Below, piece after piece: positions 44,132 through 53,736 of a DNA stretch of 64,000 nt (the stretch's first letter is position 1; every line of letters starts with the position of its first letter). The notes beneath the pieces were generated by a model. The model saw only the letters and a list, made by a program, of their open reading frames with translations, ran no database searches and had not been told where the DNA came from. The position numbers were made by a program, and so were the translations under genes. This DNA is from a virus (Duplodnaviria; Caudoviricetes): the IMG/VR virus record IMGVR_UViG_3300046615_000115, positions 1-64,000 of that record; one strand, 5' to 3'.

Positions 44132-45571
44132 TTAAGTTATGATAATGTTTACACTGGACAGCGAAGCAATCTCGTCGAAGGCAATTACTACGTTACTTGT
44201 TCCCACAGGACTAGGTGAAGTTCCAATTGTAAGTGTGTTAACTTGATGGCCACTAATACTGTTGATTGGAGTATAGAGACGGCTGTAAATTACATCATCC
44301 CCAGTACCAAAATTAGCTTCGAAGTAAGAAAGCAGTGCTGATTTTATTGCATCATTCCCGTTAGGTGGGAAGTTAATATCGGTGGTGATATCCATACTAA
44401 TATAAATAACAACAGGATCAGGACGAGAGAAACTTACGTCATGTGGGAACCCCTGTACATCATTTATAGATACTGTAGTATTTCCATAGCTCAAAATACC
44501 AATTGGCTTATTATCCCAAATAGCATTAGCAATATCTGTAGACAGTCCGCCAGAAACAATTGGAAGGAAGCTGTGGGCAGGTACACCATTACCATCCACA
44601 ACACTTGTATCATTCTCATAGATAGTAACTTCACTAACATTATCGAGGTTGATAAGAGCTGAATAAATAGCATCTAATGTGTTAGTTGCACGATCAAACT
44701 TACCATTACGAAAGCGTAAACGAAGTTGTTCATCTGTCTCACGTTCTTCACCTGGAGTTGCTGCAACTGGGTTGATTACACTGTCCCAGCCAAGCATCGG
44801 TGTGAGGATGGTATCAATAGTGTTTGCAGGCTGTACAATAACACCGGAATTAATCGCAACCACTTCACCAACTGTTCTGACTTTAGTGATACCAAGATTA
44901 GCTGAGGTAGTGAAGTTTACTGTCTGGAATATATCATTGCGATTAACTACAAGATCCGTTGCAGCAACCGTTGCAGCAAGAGTTGGATGAGCACCAGCAA
45001 TAACACTTTGAAGACCAGCTAAGATTTCAGCAACCGTAGCACTCGCATCAGATGTATAAGTGATGGTGTTAGTGGTCGTTGTATTGGAATAAGTGATGGT
45101 GTAAGCTGTGCTATTCTGTAGGGTAACTACGGAGACGGTGATACCACTAGCGTTGCTAGGAGACAGAGAAATAGCGCCAACTGTAGTGAATTGCTCACCA
45201 GTTGTAGAGCTACTTACAGTCTGTCCAACAGGGATCAATGTGTTTGTATCACCAGCTACAAGAATAGAGGAAGTGGTGAAGGTTTGTTCTTTACGTGTCA
45301 AGCCTGCATACGCTACAAGGTTATCTAGAGCAATCCCTGTTGCTGAGTTTGGGTCAAAGGCTGCGTACACTTCTTGGGCAGCTTCCCAAAGGTCAGCTTC
45401 AGAGGGAGCAGCTAGGGAGATAAGGCGACCAAGTGCTGAAGAGTCGCTTGTGTCAACTTGGTCGCCGGGTTGTACTAAATCTTGAAAGAGTTGTACTGCT
45501 AAAGCTCGGTCATCGGCTAGGATGTCAGCCAATCTTTTTATTACAAACCCTTGGTCAGTAACACCTGCCAT
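44132..45571 (-). CDS. Baseplate J-like protein
   Basis: ATGIALD, ETDEQLRLR, PAHS motifs. Confidence 0.85.
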   Translation of the reverse strand: MAGVTDQGFVIKRLADILADDRALAVQLFQDLVQPGDQVDTSDSSALGRLISLAAPSEADLWEAAQEVYAAFDPNSATGIALDNLVAYAGLTRKEQTFTTSSILVAGDTNTLIPVGQTVSSSTTGEQFTTVGAISLSPSNASGITVSVVTLQNSTAYTITYSNTTTTNTITYTSDASATVAEILAGLQSVIAGAHPTLAATVAATDLVVNRNDIFQTVNFTTSANLGITKVRTVGEVVAINSGVIVQPANTIDTILTPMLGWDSVINPVAATPGEERETDEQLRLRFRNGKFDRATNTLDAIYSALINLDNVSEVTIYENDTSVVDGNGVPAHSFLPIVSGGLSTDIANAIWDNKPIGILSYGNTTVSINDVQGFPHDVSFSRPDPVVIYISMDITTDINFPPNGNDAIKSALLSYFEANFGTGDDVIYSRLYTPINSISGHQVNTLTIGTSPSPVGTSNVVIAFDEIASLSSVNIIIT

Positions 45572-45584
45572 ATGTTAGAATCCT

Positions 45585-45968
45585 TTAATTCAGGGGGTTA
45601 ATTACGATTGGGGCTGTAACTTCCCCTGTGACTACTCTAACCTTAAATGTAAGGGAGTATTGACGGTTTATAAAAGTAGAGTCAAAAGATACAATTTCTT
45701 TAACACCTTCTTCAGCTAGAATTTGCTGTTGGAATATAAGATCCGCCGCTGCTTTAGATGTTTGCTTGATCCCGAGGAGTCTTTGAAAATAGGGGACACC
45801 ATAGGTAGTGTCCATAAACCAATCACCATAAAAGCTGAGCAGTCTGATTTTCAACCTCTGACTAACAGTTTGAATCAGAGGTTGAGTTGTAAACTCTTTT
45901 GTCAGAGGTCCGTTATTCCACACCACATCCCAAGCCGTCGGGTCCAAAAGTAGATCCAAAATTTTCAC
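45585..45968 (-). CDS. Baseplate wedge / sheath initiator (gp25/gp46-like)
   Basis: QRLKIRL...GDWFMDTTYGVPY. Confidence 0.75.
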   Translation of the reverse strand: MKILDLLLDPTAWDVVWNNGPLTKEFTTQPLIQTVSQRLKIRLLSFYGDWFMDTTYGVPYFQRLLGIKQTSKAAADLIFQQQILAEEGVKEIVSFDSTFINRQYSLTFKVRVVTGEVTAPIVINPLN

Positions 45969-46671
45969 CTTCTTGCTCTTTTAACCAATCCAAGACTAGT
46001 TGATAAGCATCTTCTTCTGTGCGTCTAATACCTAAGTATTTTGTCGTATGTGCAACCCATTTACCTGTTTTGGTAACTTGTGAGACACCATAATACTTAG
46101 AAGTTTTATTTCGGTTTAGAAACCCTTTGCTTCCTGCAGGCCTTTTATCTAATACAAATTCTTTGTAAATCTCATCGTCTGTATACCCAGACAACTTTTT
46201 ACTTTTAGCATCCGCATAAACTTGTTCAGCTTCGGCTAATTTGTCTTCATCAAATCGACCAATACAAGTACGAGTACCATTTAAGGAAATTTGCACTAAA
46301 TAAATTAGCTCACGATTACACCAATGGACCCCTGCAACACCTGTCGTGTTATTTGAGTTTTCTTGGCGTGTATTATTCGCCTGCGTAGGTTTATCAGCCC
46401 AACGACAGTTCTCTTTTGTATAATTACCGTAAGGGTCAATACGGTCCAAGGTCAGACCATCGGGTCGGCTTCCCATATCCTCAACAAACACCCAGAAGCC
46501 ATTCGGACCAATCCAACTATCACAAACAGTAATACCCTTACCACCATAGTTTTTGTAGCCTGAGCACTTCTCGTTGTAACACCTACGAAGCATCATATGA
46601 TGTGTGGTATAAAGTTCGTGAGAAGTCCTACCATCCTTAATACCCTGAAATGTAAAAGATAATACGTCCAT
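45913..46671 (-). CDS. HNH + AP2 homing endonuclease
   Basis: RRCYN..YKNYGGKGITVCDSW; TLDRIDPYGNYTKENCRWA. Confidence 0.85.
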   Translation of the reverse strand: MDVLSFTFQGIKDGRTSHELYTTHHMMLRRCYNEKCSGYKNYGGKGITVCDSWIGPNGFWVFVEDMGSRPDGLTLDRIDPYGNYTKENCRWADKPTQANNTRQENSNNTTGVAGVHWCNRELIYLVQISLNGTRTCIGRFDEDKLAEAEQVYADAKSKKLSGYTDDEIYKEFVLDKRPAGSKGFLNRNKTSKYYGVSQVTKTGKWVAHTTKYLGIRRTEEDAYQLVLDWLKEQEGENFGSTFGPDGLGCGVE

Positions 46672-46699
46672 ACCTGCCTCCAATTAAATTTGAAGGGAT

Positions 46700-46728
46700 A
46701 GGATATCACGGATACATAGAAAACACAA
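46700..46728 (-). promoter_or_regulatory. Possible sigma70 promoter of HNH gene
   Basis: TTGTGT-17-TATCCT with TGn. Confidence 0.45.
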
Positions 46729-46730
46729 GA

Positions 46731-47498
46731 TTAGTTTGTGCTTGGACCGGAAGTGCCTGCACCTGTGGTTACACCGGTATGTTTGTGGAGATTAATATTA
46801 ATAGTGTTCAACACATAAGTTCCCGTTTGGGTCCAGTTTCCTTGTTGAACTACATCCCCAAGCCAGAGTGTGCTAGGACAATCAATAGTCATAGTCTGAG
46901 CATTCAGATTGATTGCACCACTAGCATTCACAGTAGCATCGGAACAATTAATCACAACAGGCTGATTAGACGTATTAATTTCAACACTACCATCAGCTTT
47001 AATTCTTACTTCGGCCTCAATGCCACCTAAGTTGCCAAAAATAACTGTGTCTTTGGTGTTATGTGTGAGGACATGTTTTGTTGGATTGTTTACAGCAACG
47101 CCGGGAGGTTGGATACCCGGAAGAAAAATGGCGTCACTTTTATCCATCTTGGCAAAATTCATAGGGCTTGCTGGACGACCATTACCAGCTTTCCAGCCGT
47201 CCATATTTCTCATGGAGAACATAGCAGTGCCGGTATCCCCAACTTCAATAGGAAAAGTGAAGCCAGCTTTCTTAGACACTTGGAAGGAAACAGGTACACC
47301 TGCAATAGTGGAACGTTCTGCAACAGTTCCATCTTGCTGTTTCTGGTTGATCGTAGGTTGTATATCAACCATCTGTCCGTTAAGGCCATCCCTTACAGCA
47401 ACTACAATACATGGCAAGATAGTGTAGATGTTATTCATCTGACTATCAAAAGCACTCATCATTGTAGATTGAATTGCTGCTACAGCTTCTGCGCTCAT
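46731..47498 (-). CDS. Baseplate central spike (gp138/gpV-like)
   Basis: OB-fold-like N-terminus; C-terminal HKH iron-binding motif. Confidence 0.8.
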   Translation of the reverse strand: MSAEAVAAIQSTMMSAFDSQMNNIYTILPCIVVAVRDGLNGQMVDIQPTINQKQQDGTVAERSTIAGVPVSFQVSKKAGFTFPIEVGDTGTAMFSMRNMDGWKAGNGRPASPMNFAKMDKSDAIFLPGIQPPGVAVNNPTKHVLTHNTKDTVIFGNLGGIEAEVRIKADGSVEINTSNQPVVINCSDATVNASGAINLNAQTMTIDCPSTLWLGDVVQQGNWTQTGTYVLNTININLHKHTGVTTGAGTSGPSTN

Positions 47499-48394
47499 TA
47501 ACTAGCTCCTTGCTGAACAACTTTCTCTAGACTAGTTGCACGTATCTCGGTATACCAACCAGAACTTCTCCAACCACCAGAGTGACGAAGGGATTCAACT
47601 TTAAGCCAGCCTGTGATTAATGTATCCTCTAACCTAATGATATCACCGGCACGGATGTCTGGATTAAGAAGAATCTTCATTTGAATACCCGGCTTCTTAG
47701 CTTTATCTTTCTTAGAGCGTTGTCTATCACCAGACACACGATATGGAGTTTCAATCAAACCTGTATACTTAGAAATGACGTAAGCTTGTTGGAAGTTCTC
47801 AGTATTGGCTCTATCGTTGTCATGAATATAAACCACACCATCATCAAGTTGCCAATTACAGGCATACTTCTCACACAGCTCATTCAACATCTCTTTTGGT
47901 GTACCACTGAGTGGGTAGCCATAAATAAGAGGATTGTTTAGGTTGGTTCCATTGAACACACCACGATCAGCACCAATAGCTTTGATAAGTCTATTGGCTG
48001 CATCTTTAGGGCTTTGGCCTTCTGGGACAAACTCGGAAAGTACCTGTTGATTCAATTCAACGTAACCAGTTCCCAGTTGAATCTGTGTAACGGTATCCGT
48101 ACCAGACTTACGTGTTGATACGTGGGTAACTTGTCCTGAGAACAGCCGCTTAGGTCCACCGGTGTCTAGATATCCAGCCTCAAAGACCGCTGCCGGATAA
48201 TCTGTATCTAACAGTTTTATATGTTCAGTAGATAAATTATAGACTTCAATCGAAGCACTATTGGTCTTTTTCTTATTATCAGAAGATTTGGAGATATCAA
48301 ACGTAACTTGTAACTCAGTTATTTCTAACCCAGCTCCCGTTTGATAGTCTCCAATAATCAACCTATAAACTCTGTTTCTTTGTATTAAGTCCAT
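47498..48394 (-). CDS. Baseplate hub protein
   Basis: Position between Dit-like and spike genes; LLNPDIRAG motif. Confidence 0.7.
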   Translation of the reverse strand: MDLIQRNRVYRLIIGDYQTGAGLEITELQVTFDISKSSDNKKKTNSASIEVYNLSTEHIKLLDTDYPAAVFEAGYLDTGGPKRLFSGQVTHVSTRKSGTDTVTQIQLGTGYVELNQQVLSEFVPEGQSPKDAANRLIKAIGADRGVFNGTNLNNPLIYGYPLSGTPKEMLNELCEKYACNWQLDDGVVYIHDNDRANTENFQQAYVISKYTGLIETPYRVSGDRQRSKKDKAKKPGIQMKILLNPDIRAGDIIRLEDTLITGWLKVESLRHSGGWRSSGWYTEIRATSLEKVVQQGAS

Positions 48395-48403
48395 CTACAC
48401 CGC

Positions 48404-49000
48404 CTAATCAGTTATTCTAATCTCCCAATTGATTAAAGCTTCATAGACAAAAGGGCTTATTTGGGATTTCCATTTTTCAGCACGATCTTTAATTACAGAC
48501 TCTTTAAAAGATTTGTAGACCAAGAACCCTTCTTCTGCTGTTTTATATTGTCCTAAGTAGACCTGTGCCCCACTCCCGTCTTGACATTGAGCATGGAACA
48601 TTTTATTATCTGATCGTTGAAACACACCAATCAAATCTTTACCACGAGCAAGCTTTCTCGATGTAAGCAGACAATTCAAGTCGTAAGGAACAAAGACACA
48701 AGTACTAGGACCGTATTCTTTATTATCCCTTACAAGAATATCTTTATCTAAATGCCAACCTTTTTGACGGAACTCATCTTTGTGCCAGAAGTCAGCAAAC
48801 TCTTGATAATCCATCCAAACGTCATTTACAAAACACCCAGCATAATTGGGCCTTTTAATCAACTCTTTTGGGTTGAAGCAACGACTAAACATGTGATTCC
48901 AGTTCTTATATTCCGGCAAGACACGAAAACCTTTACCTTCAACAAAAGCACTACAAGGATAGTTAAACTTCTTAGAATTAAAACCTCGACCAAATGGCAT
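48404..49000 (-). CDS. HNH homing endonuclease
   Basis: WNHMFSRC; LDKDILVRDNKEYGPSTCVFVP. Confidence 0.8.
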   Translation of the reverse strand: MPFGRGFNSKKFNYPCSAFVEGKGFRVLPEYKNWNHMFSRCFNPKELIKRPNYAGCFVNDVWMDYQEFADFWHKDEFRQKGWHLDKDILVRDNKEYGPSTCVFVPYDLNCLLTSRKLARGKDLIGVFQRSDNKMFHAQCQDGSGAQVYLGQYKTAEEGFLVYKSFKESVIKDRAEKWKSQISPFVYEALINWEIRITD

Positions 49001-49030
49001 ACAACCCACCTATAAAATAAATGAGGTAAG

Positions 49031-49059
49031 ATGATAACACTAAAATGATCTACAGTCAA
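49031..49059 (-). promoter_or_regulatory. sigma70 promoter of HNH gene
   Basis: TTGACT-17-TATCAT with TGn; -35 overlaps upstream TGA. Confidence 0.65.
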
Positions 49060-49394
49060 CCTTCCTCGGGTGTATAAATATAAAAGAGATTATAATATTG
49101 GTCAATTGAATCAGGATAAACTTTGTAAGGTTCACTAATGATATCTGCTTTCTCTTCCATCCAGATAAACCCTGTCAATGGAAAGATTGCATAGTCAAGA
49201 AACAATGGATAATTAGGAACTAAAGCTTCACCTAAAACAATTGGAACGTTATCCGCATCATACAGATTGATGAAGTATAACTTAGCCCTTTCATTGTAGA
49301 TAAACTCAAAGATGTATGAGTTACCTTGAAAGGCAATTGTGTAAGTGTAATACGCATCACTAAACAACGGCATTGAGATGTATTTATCAGCCAT
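49056..49394 (-). CDS. Baseplate/virion structural protein
   Basis: Operon position and beta-rich pattern. Confidence 0.65.
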   Translation of the reverse strand: MADKYISMPLFSDAYYTYTIAFQGNSYIFEFIYNERAKLYFINLYDADNVPIVLGEALVPNYPLFLDYAIFPLTGFIWMEEKADIISEPYKVYPDSIDQYYNLFYIYTPEEG

Positions 49395-50172
49395 TTGCTC
49401 TCGCCTGCCTTAGTGGATCAGTATCTTTAGGGGAGTCACCAGTACCTAAGTCTTGTGGTGTACTATCTTGTTTCCCTTTTGAGTTTTTACTTGAAGCTTT
49501 CTTCTTCAGAGCATCCTGTACATCTTTTGGGATAATGGTTTTCTTCAGGAAAGCAAAAGTCACTTGTTCAAAAGTAATGTCACAATAAAGACCATACCCT
49601 GTGTTTGGATCTTCTTTGAATGTGATCTTGGTCATTACAAGATTATTGATTACTTTACGCAGAAGTGTGTTGTCATACTCAAACAAACGAACCAATTGAA
49701 TACTCGGATCAAACTGACCAGTCTTGTCGTTAAAGATAACACCAGCGGTAAGGTCAATAAGTGCTTGTCTGATTTGTTCAAGAAGGTCAGCACGTCTACT
49801 ATCAACAACTACTTCAGGTTGACTGTCTGATAAGAACTGCCCAATGCTGTCAGGAATAAACTTCTTCAAAACACTTTGATCTGTAGAGTTTACACTGACA
49901 GCACTAGGGGCCTGATTACTGTTATACGGACTGTTGCCATCCAGATCTTGAATCAGGTAATTACCAGTGGAAATATCTACACCAGTAATTACTGCACCAA
50001 TTGTGAATATTGGGTTACTTTTAATGTAGTGGTCAGTTACATTGCCGCCCGCATCGATGGGATGTTTTGTAATCTGACCACTATAATTTTGTGTATAACT
50101 TGTAACAGCGTCACAGTAGATAAATCCACCATCTTGAACAGAGGAGTCGCCCCATTCGATTGCTAGCGACAT
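49387..50172 (-). CDS. Dit-like / tube-initiator baseplate protein
   Basis: ITKHPIDAGGNVTDH motif; follows tape measure gene. Confidence 0.7.
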   Translation of the reverse strand: MSLAIEWGDSSVQDGGFIYCDAVTSYTQNYSGQITKHPIDAGGNVTDHYIKSNPIFTIGAVITGVDISTGNYLIQDLDGNSPYNSNQAPSAVSVNSTDQSVLKKFIPDSIGQFLSDSQPEVVVDSRRADLLEQIRQALIDLTAGVIFNDKTGQFDPSIQLVRLFEYDNTLLRKVINNLVMTKITFKEDPNTGYGLYCDITFEQVTFAFLKKTIIPKDVQDALKKKASSKNSKGKQDSTPQDLGTGDSPKDTDPLRQARANG

Positions 50173-50181
50173 AAGCGCTCC

Positions 50182-52062
50182 TTATTGTTTTACAGGGAAT
50201 TGTACATTTACCTGATCAAACGACTGAACAAACATATTAGCCACAGCCTCACCAATAGCTTGGGCTTGAGCATTAGCATCCATACCGGCAAGGGTGGAGC
50301 CATCAACGTTCACAACAATATCAATTTGGTTGCTGTTGTTATTCACAATACCCATAGCTTTATCTTCAGCAGCAGCCTTAGCCATGTCAGCTTGTTGTGA
50401 ATCGTATCCAGCAGCGTCATGGTAATAGATCGATGTAGGATCATCATAAACAGCTCTACCGCGCTCACGGGCTTTATTCATGTTAAAGCCAGTGTTGTTT
50501 ATAATGTCGCCAACGATAGCGGCTGGAGATGCGTATTCCAAACCAAACAGATTAGCTTTTTCAGTGGAACTGGCGCTAGTCTCCGATGTGGGTAGTGATC
50601 CACTTTTCCACTTTTGAAACTCAGCAATTGCATTCATGATAGAGGCAATTTCTCTTGCTGTTGCTTCAAGAGTTGGAAGGAAATCGAACTTAATACTAGA
50701 GATATCTGTGAAGATTTGCTTAATATCAGTCCAATCTTTTCTAAGCTGTGCTGTCTTATCAACACCAAGCCAATCAGCCACTAAGCTATCTTTCCCTTCG
50801 AGTGCTCTGATAAAAGATTGAGGGAATAAAGCAAGGTCATCAGCCCATTTAGTAGCTTCATTAAAGCCCTCAGCCAACTTCTTAACCAAGTCTCCGCTTT
50901 CATTCAAACCAGCAGAAAGAGTACGGAAGATACGCGCAAACCCTTCTTCTACGCCTGCGTTTGAAGCGACAATAGCCATATCACTTACAGCATTCTGATA
51001 CCTAGCTTGTTCTGCTTGAGAAGCTTGGGAGGCTTTAACCAACCCCGGCTGAGCTTTCTGACTGGCAATGTTGGCTGCGTAGTTCAGAATATCACCACGT
51101 ACTTGCCCTTTCTTCATTGCAGCTTCAAGGGCAATGATTGCCTCACTTCCTGTGAGATTACCGCCAATCTTTTGTTGCCAAGCTTGAGCAAAGATATTCT
51201 TAGCGCCGGGCAAACTGTTACCCAATTGTTTGGTAAGCTCCTCAGCTTGAAGCTTATCCTTACCAGCAATTTGAGATAATGCGTTGAATACTAATTTCTG
51301 TCTTGCTGGGGAAAGTTTGTTAACTCGTCCGTATTCAGCAAAACCTTTAAAAATATTCTGAGACTGTGCAACTGTACCGCCAGAACCAAGAAGGTTAGAT
51401 GTCAGTACGTTGAAGTCACTAGAGGCATCCAAGTAATTGAAGCCTACACGGTTTGCAGTCTTACGCAACCAATCAAAGGACTTCTCACCTTGCTCAGCAG
51501 TACCACCATTGCCTGTAATAACTGCTTGTGTTTGGAGCTGGGCAGAGACAACTTCTTGATTACGCTTGTTTAACGCATTAAGACCATAGCCGCCAAGCCC
51601 TAATGCAATTGCAGGGCCGAGTAAGCTAGGCATTCCACGAGTACGGCTTACGCTACCAGCGACTGCGCCTGTAACAGCGGCTTGTCTTGTTCTACCGCCT
51701 TGAGGATTGACAGGTGGTAAGTTCGGATTGTGTGGTGGGCGTATTGTAGGACGGAGGGGATTTACAGCCCCGGCCCTCGCCATTGCAAGACCAACTGTCT
51801 GGTTAAGAGCAGCTTGATTGACAACAAACCTGTGGATATCTAGAACAACTCTGTTACTTGCCATATCCAAAGCATTACCAAGAACACGTTCAAGTTTACG
51901 TTGATCTATGGTAAAGTTACCGATACCGAAATTAAGGTTATTACCAAACCCATTAAATTTCTTTAACTTCTTCTCTAAGGTGGCTAAGGCTTTGTCAACC
52001 TTTTTGACACCCCGCATATCTACATCAAAACCGAGACTGGCGAAATACTTAGCGATCTGCAA
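50182..52062 (-). CDS. Tape measure protein
   Basis: Ala/Gly-rich helical; ALSQIAGKDKLQAEEL tape-measure motif; TTG start. Confidence 0.85.
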   Translation of the reverse strand: MQIAKYFASLGFDVDMRGVKKVDKALATLEKKLKKFNGFGNNLNFGIGNFTIDQRKLERVLGNALDMASNRVVLDIHRFVVNQAALNQTVGLAMARAGAVNPLRPTIRPPHNPNLPPVNPQGGRTRQAAVTGAVAGSVSRTRGMPSLLGPAIALGLGGYGLNALNKRNQEVVSAQLQTQAVITGNGGTAEQGEKSFDWLRKTANRVGFNYLDASSDFNVLTSNLLGSGGTVAQSQNIFKGFAEYGRVNKLSPARQKLVFNALSQIAGKDKLQAEELTKQLGNSLPGAKNIFAQAWQQKIGGNLTGSEAIIALEAAMKKGQVRGDILNYAANIASQKAQPGLVKASQASQAEQARYQNAVSDMAIVASNAGVEEGFARIFRTLSAGLNESGDLVKKLAEGFNEATKWADDLALFPQSFIRALEGKDSLVADWLGVDKTAQLRKDWTDIKQIFTDISSIKFDFLPTLEATAREIASIMNAIAEFQKWKSGSLPTSETSASSTEKANLFGLEYASPAAIVGDIINNTGFNMNKARERGRAVYDDPTSIYYHDAAGYDSQQADMAKAAAEDKAMGIVNNNSNQIDIVVNVDGSTLAGMDANAQAQAIGEAVANMFVQSFDQVNVQFPVKQ

Positions 52063-52076
52063 TGTTTGTTACTCCG

Positions 52077-52376
52077 TCATTTCGGTTTATTTTTATTAGC
52101 TTCAGCTTTATTCTTAGCTTGTTGCAACAAAGCATCATGGACATCAAGCAGTTCAATCAGCTTCAAAAGCTGTCTTGTAGAGTATTTCCACTCCATTTCA
52201 GCAGCTAACTCAAGACCCCCCTTCTCATGCATGGCGATCCTGTAGATACTCCAGTGCTGAGAGAATGTTCTATCAATTTCTTTTTCTAAAGGTGTTGGAG
52301 GTGTGCCAGCACTACTTCCCGATACAGACTTATCAATTATTCTTCTGTATCGGGTGCCTGAAAAAGTTCTTCGAAG
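52077..52376 (-). CDS. -1-frame extension of tail assembly chaperone (GT-like)
   Basis: 99-codon ORF missing from track, overlaps chaperone 3' end, ends before TMP. Confidence 0.7.
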   Translation of the reverse strand, partial: LRRTFSGTRYRRIIDKSVSGSSAGTPPTPLEKEIDRTFSQHWSIYRIAMHEKGGLELAAEMEWKYSTRQLLKLIELLDVHDALLQQAKNKAEANKNKPK

Positions 52377-52657
52377 TTAAAGTTCAACACTTCCTTGTAG
52401 AGCTTGTTTAGATGAGCATACTTGCGAGAGAAGAATACATCAAAAGTCTTTTCAGTGATTTGCATGTTGTCTTTAGAAACATAGTTACAGATGATTTGTT
52501 TCATCTGGCTAAGATCAGCCTTACCTTCATCAATAGCTGCCTGATGCTTTTCAATAAACATCAAACCTTTTGTTGCAGGCATTGCACTTACGAGATAATC
52601 AATATCATCAATCGTAATAGTTGTTTGTTCTAGTACTTCAAATTTTGGAGCTGCCAT
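52337..52657 (-). CDS. Tail assembly chaperone
   Basis: Position between tube and TMP genes. Confidence 0.75.
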   Translation of the reverse strand: MAAPKFEVLEQTTITIDDIDYLVSAMPATKGLMFIEKHQAAIDEGKADLSQMKQIICNYVSKDNMQITEKTFDVFFSRKYAHLNKLYKEVLNFNFEELFQAPDTEE

Positions 52658-52682
52658 TTATTTTATCTCAGAATTAAAACTG

Positions 52683-53180
52683 TTAGAAAACGTTACCTAT
52701 GAAGTTGCCAACCTCACTAAGCGCCCTGTCAAATAGATCAGTTGCAGGCTTAGCATTCCCGGCTACAACATAGGTGTTTGTGGACTGTGCGAACAGTTCC
52801 CAGCTACGATACTCAAACTGACCGGAGAAAGTAGCTACAGGATAGCCCGTGATATATGCTTCATTAGATGAAAACACACTCCGTCCTGAGTTATCTTTCA
52901 ACATCAAAGCAATCCTTGCTGTACCTTCTTCCAAATCAAGCTCATGAATATAGGAAAGTACATCATTACCTTGAGAAGTTTGCAGCAATGAAATAGTAAT
53001 TGTTGCTGATGTATCTACGTTAGGAACTCTTGTATTCTTACCCCTGATACCTCGGATAACAGTGAATCCTTTCACTGTTCGGCTGATGGTAATACTTTGC
53101 CAACCGGTAAGTTGATAACCACCAACTGTTAAAATAACGTCCTTTGGACTATAGCAATTCACAGTAAAACTATTAGTCAC
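52683..53180 (-). CDS. Tail tube-like protein (paralogue 3)
   Basis: YSPKDV start, TITISLLQTS pattern. Confidence 0.7.
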   Translation of the reverse strand: MTNSFTVNCYSPKDVILTVGGYQLTGWQSITISRTVKGFTVIRGIRGKNTRVPNVDTSATITISLLQTSQGNDVLSYIHELDLEEGTARIALMLKDNSGRSVFSSNEAYITGYPVATFSGQFEYRSWELFAQSTNTYVVAGNAKPATDLFDRALSEVGNFIGNVF

Positions 53181-53677
53181 TATAGTATCCCCTCTGCAAT
53201 CGAAGCTGCACCTGATGCAAGGTTAATCAAATCTTGAAGAATACCACTAGCATCTTGGTTGCTACCAATGTTGATAACAGCTTGAGATGACCGAAGAATC
53301 CAAGTGCGGGTATCCATACTAGTACTTTGAACCATGTTTGGTATACCTTCAATCCAAGTATTAGTTGAAAAGAAAAGGTCTGTACCGGACAAGTCCTTAA
53401 TAAACAGAGGAAATTTCCCAACCTGTGTAAATTCATCCAACTGCCAAAGCTTAGTGAGAATGTCGTTAGATGTGGAGCCCCGATGGAATGTCAATGAAAT
53501 TGTATATGTCTGACTGTTTGTGTACAGTCTGGATATAGAACCATCAGCAGTTTCTGTTGTCCCGAATGGAACTTTATCTTTACTAATACTAATGAAAGTT
53601 CCATCAGCAAAACCGCCGAGAGGGATACCGAAAGCTAGACAGTTTACATCATCTGGAAGGTAGTTAGCGATTGCCAT
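53180..53677 (-). CDS. Tail tube-like protein (paralogue 2)
   Basis: ANYLPDDV, GFADGTFI. Confidence 0.75.
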   Translation of the reverse strand: MAIANYLPDDVNCLAFGIPLGGFADGTFISISKDKVPFGTTETADGSISRLYTNSQTYTISLTFHRGSTSNDILTKLWQLDEFTQVGKFPLFIKDLSGTDLFFSTNTWIEGIPNMVQSTSMDTRTWILRSSQAVINIGSNQDASGILQDLINLASGAASIAEGIL

Positions 53678-53695
53678 AAATTCTCCTTAAATATA

Positions 53696-53727
53696 GGGGT
53701 GTTTGAGTTGACTCAGTTTATCACCCC
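53696..53727 (-). terminator. Stem-loop after tube gene
   Basis: GGGGTG...CACCCC with inner TGAGT/ACTCA. Confidence 0.5.
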
Positions 53728-53736
53728 AGATAAGTC

